Under the pieces are notes generated by a model. The model was given only the letters and a program-made list of their open reading frames with translations. It did not search any database and was not told where the DNA came from. The position numbers and the translations under genes are program-made. A stretch of DNA of 64,000 bases from Acetobacteraceae bacterium (GTDB taxonomy: Bacteria; Pseudomonadota; Alphaproteobacteria; Acetobacterales; Acetobacteraceae), in assembly GCA_965246925.1 (NCBI GenBank), contig OZ251994.1:1060557-1124556 (forward strand). Reading direction: 5' to 3'. Of the stretch, positions 55,418 to 64,000 are shown one piece after another; the first letter of the stretch is position 1; the number at the start of each line of letters is the position of its first letter.

Positions 55418-56086
55418 ATGAAATTCTGGACTATCCCTGCGCTTGCCCTCCTGCTCGCAGCGGCCCCAGCCGCGGCTACGACCCTCACCAGCAGCCTCTC
55501 GGCATTCCAGGCCGGCGCGGGCGCGGTGACCGTGACCCGGCTCACGGGCCTGTATGACCCCACGGCGCTGATCCTGCCGGTGGTGAGCAGCGTTCCATTG
55601 AGCGGCGGCGGCAGCCTGGCCGTGAACCAATCGGTGCAGATCGTGCAGACCCCGGCGGGCGGCGGCGGCTTCCCCTACACTCTGACGGACGGTTTCAACG
55701 GTGACCTGCTGATCCCGGTGGATGCCAGCGGCAACCAGCTGACGTCGGAGACCATCAACACCGCCGGGCTCAGCGGATTGGGGATCGAGGTCGCGCCGTT
55801 CTCCAGCAGCTTGGGTGGCCCCTACACCATCACGATCACGGGCTCGAACGGCCAGACGCTATCCACGGCCGCCCCCGGCGGCAGCTTCGCCACCGGCGCC
55901 ACCGCCCCGGTCTTCCTAGGCTTCTTCGGCGGCGGCGTGAGCACGATCACCATCAGCACCACCGACCCGAACGGCTTCGCCTTCGGCAATATCCGCACCC
56001 CGGCGCCCGTCCCCGAGCCCGCCTCCCTAGCCCTACTCGCCGCCGGCACGCTCGCCCTCTACACCGCCCGCCGCCGTTACCTCTGA
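55418..56086 (+). CDS. PEP-CTERM sorting-domain protein
   Basis: Signal peptide MKFWTIPALALLLAAAPAAA. C-terminal VPEPASLALLAAGTLALYTARRRYL. Confidence 0.8.
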   Translation: MKFWTIPALALLLAAAPAAATTLTSSLSAFQAGAGAVTVTRLTGLYDPTALILPVVSSVPLSGGGSLAVNQSVQIVQTPAGGGGFPYTLTDGFNGDLLIPVDASGNQLTSETINTAGLSGLGIEVAPFSSSLGGPYTITITGSNGQTLSTAAPGGSFATGATAPVFLGFFGGGVSTITISTTDPNGFAFGNIRTPAPVPEPASLALLAAGTLALYTARRRYL

Positions 56087-56190
56087 AACCTGCATGACCT
56101 GCAGCGCCTTCACAGCAATGTCAGGTCGTTACACGTTGCCGCCTATTCCTGGCTGTGCCTCTATCGCGGGCCGACACAGAAGGCTTCGCC

Positions 56191-56616
56191 ATGCACCGCG
56201 CCGCGCAACTGTCTTGCTTCGTGCTGATCGCGGTCCTGCCAGCCGCGTGTCACCGGGCGCCCCCGCCCCAGGCCTACCCGGTGGCCCAGCCCGCACCGGT
56301 CCAGCGCTATGACGCGGCGGTGGCCGTAGGGACGGCGCAGTTCCGCGGCAGCTTCGCCGGCGGCAGGGCGGACATGACCGTGACCGCGCTCAGCAACGGC
56401 ACCGCGCAATACGTGCTGACCGGCAATGGCGGACGCCGGTGCAATTACCAGGTGAACGGCACCGGGCCCGCCACGCCCGGGCCATTCGTGCTGGACAACT
56501 TCGCCCAGATGACGCCGACATCGTCCGGCTGGGCCTTCGCCGAGATCATCCGCCCCGGTGGCTTCGCCAGTCAGCCGCAATGCACGTTCCAAGGCTTCCT
56601 GCAGCGGACCCGGTAA
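56191..56616 (+). CDS. Putative lipoprotein
   Basis: MHRAAQLSCFVLIAVLPAAC is lipobox-like (LPAAC). GAAGG SD precedes ATG 56191. No family recognised. Confidence 0.5.
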   Translation: MHRAAQLSCFVLIAVLPAACHRAPPPQAYPVAQPAPVQRYDAAVAVGTAQFRGSFAGGRADMTVTALSNGTAQYVLTGNGGRRCNYQVNGTGPATPGPFVLDNFAQMTPTSSGWAFAEIIRPGGFASQPQCTFQGFLQRTR

Positions 56617-57361
56617 GCGCGCTGCACGCCGCGATCACCCGTAGCGCCATCACCGACCCGGCCGCCTCGCCCTTCTCGAAATCGTCGCCGTCCTGCTGGC
56701 CCATGGTGTTGGTGACATGGGCCATGCAGATCACCGGCAGGCCCTTCGCGGCCGCCAAGGCATACAGCGCCGCCGCCTCCATCTCGACCGCCAGCGCCCC
56801 TTGGCCGGCGGCGTAGGCGATCGCCGCCTCCGTCTCCCGGTACGGCGCGTCCGTGGTCCAGCTGGTACCGCGGCGGATGCCGGGCAGCGCCGCCTCCACC
56901 CGGTCCAGCAACGCCGGATCCGGCGCGTCGATCGCCGGGCTGGGCGGGACGTAATGCGCGCTGGTCCCCTCATCCCGCAGCGCCCGGTCGATCAGCACGA
57001 TGGCCGGCAGCGGCCCGAGCTCGCCGATCTGGCCGGCCGACGTGATGCTCAGCAACAGGCGGCAGCCCGACGCGAACAGCTGCTCGGCCACCAGCACCGC
57101 GAACGATGCCCCGACCGCGCAGCCCAACACCCCCACCGCGGTCCCGTCCGGCAGCGTGAACTCGGTCAGCTCCGTGTGATAGCACGCCCAGCCCGCATGA
57201 AGCCGGCCCTGCCCCGTCCGGTGCAGGTGGCGCACCAGGTCGCCATCCGGGTCCAGCACGCAGAACGCGGGCACGTCCAGCGCCGGCAGGCCCTTCTGCC
57301 GCCGGGCTTCGCGCAGCAGATGGCCGGGCTGAAAGACGGACGGCGCGGCGTAGTCCTTCAG
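56546..57361 (-). CDS. PNP/UDP-family nucleoside phosphorylase-like protein
   Basis: [19 protein letters not shown] ... [11 protein letters not shown] ... [30 protein letters not shown] is the PNP_UDP_1 pattern. The start is unresolved: CTG 57361 overlaps the selD stop (CTGA), ATG 57526 would overlap selD by 169 nt, and internal GTGs are possible. Confidence 0.65.
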   Translation of the reverse strand: MKDYAAPSVFQPGHLLREARRQKGLPALDVPAFCVLDPDGDLVRHLHRTGQGRLHAGWACYHTELTEFTLPDGTAVGVLGCAVGASFAVLVAEQLFASGCRLLLSITSAGQIGELGPLPAIVLIDRALRDEGTSAHYVPPSPAIDAPDPALLDRVEAALPGIRRGTSWTTDAPYRETEAAIAYAAGQGALAVEMEAAALYALAAAKGLPVICMAHVTNTMGQQDGDDFEKGEAAGSVMALRVIAACSALTGSAAGSLGTCIAADWRSHRGG

Positions 57362-58416
57362 AGCGCGACCTCGATCCCGGACCCCGCCTGCATGGTGCCG
57401 ATCACAGCCGCCTGGTCGAAGCCCGCGCTCTGCACATGCGCCAGCACGGCGTCCGCGCCCCCTGGCGTCACCGCGATCAGCAGTCCGCCGCTGGTCTGCG
57501 GATCGCACAGCAAACCGCGCTGCCAATCCGCCATACCCGGCGCCGACACGTCCACGCCGTAGCTGGTCCAGTTGCGCGCCGCCGCCCCCGTGCCCACGCC
57601 GTCCTGCGCCAGCGCCGCGGCGCCCGGCAGGATCGGCATGTCCGGCATACGCAGCGTGGCCGACAGACCAGCCCCCCGCGCCATCTCCAGCGCATGGCCC
57701 AGCAGGCCGAAGCCGGTCACGTCCGTCATGGCGTGCACGCCCGGCATGGCGGCGATGGCGGTCCCCACGCTGTTCAGCCGGGTCATGCTGCCGATCATGG
57801 TGCGGTAATCGGCGTCACCGATACGCTCCTGCTTCAACGCCGCGCTGAACACGCCGACGCCCAGGCCCTTCGTCAGGATCAGCACGTCGCCCGCCCGCGC
57901 ATGGCTGTTCCGCTGCACCCGGTCCGGATGCACGGTACCGAGGGCCACCAGCCCATAGATCGGCTCCGCACTATCAATGGAGTGGCCGCCGGCGATCGGG
58001 ATGTTGGCCGCCTTGCACACCGCGGCACCGCCGGCCAGGATCAGCCCCACATCCGCCGTGCTGATCTTACCCAGCGGCATGCCCAGCAGCGCCAGCGCCA
58101 TGATCGGCGTCCCGCCCATGGCGTAGATGTCGGACAGCGCGTTGGTGGCGGCGATGCGCCCGAACTCGTAGGGGTCGTCCACGATCGGCGTGAAGAAATC
58201 CGTGGTGGCCACCAACGCCAGCTCGTCCGTAAGCCGGTACACCGCCGCATCGTCCGCGGTCTCACTGCCGACCAGCAGGTTGGGGAACGCCGCCGCGGCC
58301 GGCATGTTGGCCAGCAACTCCTGCAGCACCGCCGGCGCCAGCTTACACCCACACCCCCCGCCATGCGCGAGCGACGTGAGGCGTGCCGAAATCTGATCCA
58401 CGGGTGGGTGCTCCAT
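57358..58416 (-). CDS. selD: Selenide, water dikinase (selenophosphate synthetase), Cys-type
   Basis: [14 protein letters not shown] glycine-rich active-site loop with Cys (not Sec), and an AIR-synthase-like fold pattern. ATG 58416 is preferred. Confidence 0.9.
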   Translation of the reverse strand: MEHPPVDQISARLTSLAHGGGCGCKLAPAVLQELLANMPAAAAFPNLLVGSETADDAAVYRLTDELALVATTDFFTPIVDDPYEFGRIAATNALSDIYAMGGTPIMALALLGMPLGKISTADVGLILAGGAAVCKAANIPIAGGHSIDSAEPIYGLVALGTVHPDRVQRNSHARAGDVLILTKGLGVGVFSAALKQERIGDADYRTMIGSMTRLNSVGTAIAAMPGVHAMTDVTGFGLLGHALEMARGAGLSATLRMPDMPILPGAAALAQDGVGTGAAARNWTSYGVDVSAPGMADWQRGLLCDPQTSGGLLIAVTPGGADAVLAHVQSAGFDQAAVIGTMQAGSGIEVAL

Positions 58417-58501
58417 TGCTGACCCGGCGGACGCTAGCACGGGCGCGGCCCAAGCCCCATACGCCATGGGGGGGACCGCACGCGCGGATCGTGCGGGGCT
58501 C

Positions 58502-60441
58502 CTACGGCTGGAACGACACCAGCACCGCCCCTTCCTCCACCTGGTCCTCCACCCCGTAATGCACCGCTTCCACCACCCCGTCCGCCGGGCAGGTGATGCG
58601 CATCTGCGTCTTCATCGCCTCCAGCACCATCAGCACCGCGCCCCGCTCCACCGCCTGACCCGGCGTCGCCGAGACGCTCACGATGCGGGCGGGCATGGGC
58701 GCGCGCAGGCTGCCAGCCGCCTCCGCGCTGGCCGCCGGCGGGGCGAGCGGGTCCTGCAGCATGACCGTATAGGAGCGGCCACGATACGTGACATGGATGG
58801 CATCGCCATTCCGGATGACCGGCACCGCCGACTTCACCCCATCCAGCGAAACGTGATCGGCCTCCCGCTGTGGGCCCAGCAGGCCGATGCCCTCCAGCAG
58901 CGTGCCGCCCGGCGCGGAGGTGGCGCGGATCGCGTGTTTCTGGAAATGCACCATGCGATGCCCGCCCCCGCCGAGCCGCCAGGACCGCATCGTGGACCAC
59001 GGCGAATACGGGTCGCCCGGCACCACCCGCGGCGGCTCGTCCAGCACGCACTGCGCCGCCGCCGCCAGGACCTCGGGCGGCGGCGGGCCGGCGGGCGGCA
59101 ACAGCGCGTCCCAGTGCCCGGCGATGAACCCCGTCTCGACCTGCCCGGCGGCAAAGGCCGGGTGGGTCACGATGGCGTGCAGAAAGGCGATGTTGCTGCT
59201 GATCCCCACCACGGCGCAGGCCTCGAGCGCGCCCGCCATCCGCGCCAGCGCCGCCGGGCGGTCATGATCCCACACGATCAGCTTGGCGATCATGGGGTCG
59301 TAATGGCGCGAAATGGCGTCCCCGCTCCGCACGCCGGTGTCGATCCGCACGTGCGGTCCGGGGGCGGGGGTCCGGAAATGAGCGATGGTGCCGATACTCG
59401 GCAAAAAATCCCGCTCCGGATCCTCGGCATACAGCCGCGCCTCGATCGCGTGACCGGTGATCCCGGGATGCAGCTCCGGCAGGGGCTGCCCGGCGGCGAC
59501 GCGGAGCTGCCATTCGACCAGGTCCTGGCCGGTGATCATCTCCGTCACCGGATGCTCCACCTGCAGCCGCGTGTTCATCTCCATGAAATAGAACGCGTCG
59601 CCCTCGGCGATGAACTCGACCGTCCCCGCGCCCACATAGCCCACGGCGCGGGCCGCCGCGCACCCGGCCTCCCCCATCGCCCGCCGCCGCTCGGGCGTGA
59701 GGCCCGGGGCCGGCGCCTCCTCCAGCACCTTCTGATGCCGGCGCTGGATCGAGCAATCCCGCTCGAACAGGCTGACCATGTTGCCGTGGGTGTCGCCGAA
59801 CACCTGGATCTCGATGTGGCGCGGATGGGTCAGGTAGCGCTCCACCAGCACCTGGTCGTCGCCGAACGAGGACCGCGCCTCACCCTGCGCCAGGCCCAGC
59901 GCCGCCTCGAACCCGGCGGCGTCCTGCACGATCCGCATCCCCTTACCGCCCCCGCCGGCGGAGGCCTTGATGATCACCGGGTAGCCGATCTGATCGGCCG
60001 CACCGCGCAGGGTATCGAGCGACTGGTCCGTTCCGTGGTAGCCGGGCACCAGCGGCACGCCGGACGACGCCATCAGCGCCTTGGCCGCCGATTTGCTGCC
60101 CATGGCGCGGATGGCCGCGGGCGGCGGGCCGATGAACACCACGCCAGCGGCGGCGCAGGCCTCCGCGAACTCGGCATTCTCACTGAGGAAGCCATAGCCC
60201 GGATGGATCGCCTCCGCCCCGGCGCGCCGGGCGACGTCCAGGATGACGTCCCCGCGCAGGTAGCTCTCGCGCGCCGGCGCCGGGCCGATCGAATAGGCCG
60301 CGTCCGCCATCGCCACGTGCCGGCTGCCGGCGTCGGCCTCGGAATAGACCGCGACCGTGCGGATGCCCATGCGCGCCGCCGTCAGCATGACCCGGCAGGC
60401 GATCTCGCCCCGGTTGGCGATCAGGATGGCGCGGAACATCG

Positions 60442-60445
<4 letters not shown>
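58502..60445 (-). CDS. mccA: Methylcrotonyl-CoA carboxylase alpha subunit (biotin carboxylase + BCCP)
   Basis: [20 protein letters not shown]-grasp motifs, C-terminal EAMKTQ (biotinyl-Lys MKT/M). Paired with an MCCase-type beta subunit. Confidence 0.85.
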
Positions 60446-62046
<1,601 letters not shown>

Positions 62047-62079
62047 AGGCTACTCCCGAGTGGCCCCGGAGTTAACGGC

Positions 62080-63318
62080 CTAACCCCTGCCTGAGACAAG
62101 GGGGGCCAGCCGCGCCTGCACCGCCGCAGCCGCCCGCCGGGCGATGCCGGACTGCCCGGCCCAGCGCGGCCATCCCTGGATCGCGTCCCTGACCTGGGCG
62201 TCGACCGCCACCGCCACCCCGCGCGGGATCGACGCCGCCACCGCCGCCCGGGCGAAGTGCTCCGCCCCTGGCGCCCGGCCCTCCCCGGCCACCGCCAGGT
62301 TATGCTGACCTCCCGGACCGTCCGACAGCGTGAGGTCATAGGCCGGGGACAACCGCCACACGCCGTCCCGGCCCATGATGAAGGCGTGGTTCTTCGCGTG
62401 GTCGTCCCGGTTATGCGCCAGCACGTTGAACACCATGCGCCGGTACGCCTCCGTCACATGCGCCACGTCCCGCGTCAGCAGCCGCGTGACCTTCAGCAGG
62501 TCGGTATAATCGAGCGACGGCAGGCGGAAATCGGCGTGCAGCAAGCCTGCCAGCGTATGCACATGAATGCGGCCAGCCGGCCCCCGGTCAAACCGGCGCA
62601 CGGCAAAATACGCATCCCGCCCCGGCAACAACCGCGTCTCCGGCATGGTGATTCCCGCCGCCCGGGCCATGAGAGCGTAGGCATGCTCGACCCGCCCGGC
62701 GTGCCGGCCGTCCGCGCGGGATGGAAGCTTTACCAGCCAAGCCTCACCCTCGTCCTCCCCGGTATCGGCCCGCATGGCGCCGGTCACCGGGTCAAGCGTC
62801 ATGAGCAATTTCGGCCGCGCCCCGGCCGAGCCGCCGTTTGCGCGTAACAAGGCATCCAGCCCCGCCGCCGCCCGCCCGGCTTCGAGCGCCCGGGCCTCCC
62901 GCGCATACCAGTCGAGGTCATCTGGCGCTTCGCCCGAGGCTAGCACCCGCTCCGGCAGGAAAGTCAGCGCGCCCATCCCGCGCGATCCAACGAAGGCGAG
63001 ACGGTCCAGCGGTGAGAGCGCCCCCGGTTCTCCGCCGGCCGCCGCCACGCTGCGATCGACCAGCAGCCTACCCCACCCATCCGGCAGGCTATCGGCGAAC
63101 AAGCCATGCAGCCCTTCGAAAGGGGTGGGCGGGCCCATGATCAAACCGGGCCGCAGCCTGAGCCGGAACGGGGACAGATCCAGTCCGCGCGCCAGGAACG
63201 CCGGATCCAGCTCGAACGCCGCGACCCGGTCCCGCTCCGACCATGCCAGCGTGCCGGCCGGAATGACCTCGCCTTCCAAATCGAGGCCGACGGCCAGCCG
63301 GGTCACAATGGGGCGCAT
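62080..63318 (-). CDS. hipA: Type II toxin HipA-family serine/threonine kinase
   Basis: N-terminal coupling domain and C-terminal RRMVFNVLAHNRDDHAKNHAF catalytic motif. 412 aa. Confidence 0.9.
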   Translation of the reverse strand: MRPIVTRLAVGLDLEGEVIPAGTLAWSERDRVAAFELDPAFLARGLDLSPFRLRLRPGLIMGPPTPFEGLHGLFADSLPDGWGRLLVDRSVAAAGGEPGALSPLDRLAFVGSRGMGALTFLPERVLASGEAPDDLDWYAREARALEAGRAAAGLDALLRANGGSAGARPKLLMTLDPVTGAMRADTGEDEGEAWLVKLPSRADGRHAGRVEHAYALMARAAGITMPETRLLPGRDAYFAVRRFDRGPAGRIHVHTLAGLLHADFRLPSLDYTDLLKVTRLLTRDVAHVTEAYRRMVFNVLAHNRDDHAKNHAFIMGRDGVWRLSPAYDLTLSDGPGGQHNLAVAGEGRAPGAEHFARAAVAASIPRGVAVAVDAQVRDAIQGWPRWAGQSGIARRAAAAVQARLAPLVSGRG

Positions 63319-63319
63319 G

Positions 63320-63613
63320 TCAGCCTGAAGCTCGCTGCCGCTGGCGGGGTGTTAGGAGATCCTCGATGCGCTGCGGTGCCGGGCTAGGGATCAGATCGGC
63401 GAACACATCCTCGAGCCCGAGCGTCCAGGCCACCAGCAACAGGTGCTCGATCGACCCGCGTCCCCCGGCTTCGAGCCGCTTGACCGTGGGCACCGACACC
63501 CCCGCCCGCCTGGCCAGCTCCCGCTGGCTCACATTCTGCGCCAGCCGATGCTCCTTGAGACGCTGCCCAATCGCCAGCGCCGCCTCGTGCGGAGAGATCA
63601 GAACCTTTCCCAT
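63320..63613 (-). CDS. hipB: HTH (Xre-type) antitoxin/regulator HipB
   Basis: LKEHRLAQNVSQRELARRAGVSVPTVKRLEAG is an Xre HTH. The stop lies 1 nt before the hipA start. Confidence 0.8.
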   Translation of the reverse strand: MGKVLISPHEAALAIGQRLKEHRLAQNVSQRELARRAGVSVPTVKRLEAGGRGSIEHLLLVAWTLGLEDVFADLIPSPAPQRIEDLLTPRQRQRASG

Positions 63614-63785
63614 GGTGCCAGATATGGCCTTTAAGGGATCACATTGCGACTCTTACTACCAAAGCTCATGACAGAAGACGCTTTCGCCCGGACAGGTGAT
63701 CTCGTAGGGCGCTCATTCCTAGTCTAAGGGAGCTCAAACCCGTTCAGGCTGAATTGGCTTCTGAAATGATCAGGTAAGAAAGAAT

Positions 63786-64000
63786 CTAGGCGGCTTGCTG
63801 GGTGAAAACCATGAGTTTGTTGCCGTCGGGGTCGCGGAAGTAGGTGCGGTAGAGGTCGCCGGGATCACTCCTACGGTTACCCGGTCCGCCTTCGTCTGTG
63901 GCGCCCAGTTCAAGTGCCTTCGCATATGCCGCCCGGACCCCGTCGCGCGAGGAGACGACCAGGGCAATCATGCTGCCATTGCCCACGGTCGCTGGCTGGC
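63786..64000 (-). CDS. VOC/glyoxalase-family protein (5' end beyond the window)
   Basis: The C-terminal YFRDPDGNKLMVF motif is typical of VOC proteins. The ORF stays open to the window edge. Confidence 0.6.
   Translation of the reverse strand, partial: QPATVGNGSMIALVVSSRDGVRAAYAKALELGATDEGGPGNRRSDPGDLYRTYFRDPDGNKLMVFTQQAA

Noticed and set aside
56546-56616. 71-bp convergent overlap between the lipoprotein gene and the PNP-like gene, considered as a sign of mis-annotation or a frameshift.
   Set aside because: Both C-terminal tails are short and unconstrained. Without homologue alignments the true stops cannot be decided, and nothing else suggests a lesion.
57358-58416. Possible selenocysteine (in-frame TGA) in selD or a nearby selenoprotein gene.
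   Set aside because: The active-site position is encoded as Cys (GCGCK). No interrupted ORF with a conserved TGA or a SECIS-like hairpin was noticed in the neighbours.

Overview
High-G+C bacterial chromosomal window. The protein sequences suggest an alphaproteobacterium, possibly Acetobacteraceae-like, but that is inference only. I call about 58 protein-coding genes and see no rRNA, tRNA, CRISPR array, transposase or integrase.

Content from left to right:
- 6-3027: acyltransferase-3, M20 amidohydrolase, YoaK.
- 3059-5438: a more A+T-rich islet with an AHH-nuclease toxin domain, a translationally coupled Imm11-like immunity gene and a secreted unknown, closed by a REP-like hairpin.
- 5449-10630: DUF1993, argG, a secreted unknown, and gmd-rmd (GDP-D-rhamnose).
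- 11223-14767: a sugar-oxidation block (PQQ sugar dehydrogenase, dihaem cytochrome c, unknown periplasmic protein, Gfo/Idh/MocA).
- 14942-17040: a small hydrophilic protein, parDE and a PcaF-like thiolase.
- 17037-20696: a 1219-aa repeat protein with a beta-helix-like N-terminal part and nine C-terminal ~37-aa repeats.
- 20906-24717: LysR, MFS transporter and FAD monooxygenase.
- 24728-36704: a Wzx/Wzy-type exopolysaccharide locus whose GumC-like co-polymerase has a degenerate kinase domain.
- 36712-43390: a frameshifted alpha/beta hydrolase, a LivJ-like binding protein, LysE, gshB-ggt and an SDR.
- 43410-47891: a PEP-CTERM protein, a PLC/AcpA phosphoesterase, an amino-acid binding protein and a GspC/PilP-like protein.
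- 48016-55353: a tightly packed putative operon of a secreted metallophosphoesterase, three SPFH (HflK/C-like) paralogues (one His-rich) and a P1B-type ATPase with no N-terminal metal-binding domain. The ATPase is separated from the SPFH genes by a 32-bp x3 tandem repeat that encodes three chained mini-ORFs.
- 55418-64000: a second PEP-CTERM protein, a lipoprotein, a PNP/UDP-family phosphorylase coupled to Cys-type selD, mccAB, hipBA and a partial VOC gene.

The best candidates for something undescribed are the SPFH/ATPase operon, the toxin islet and the giant repeat protein. All family assignments come from motif recognition by eye. No database search was run.
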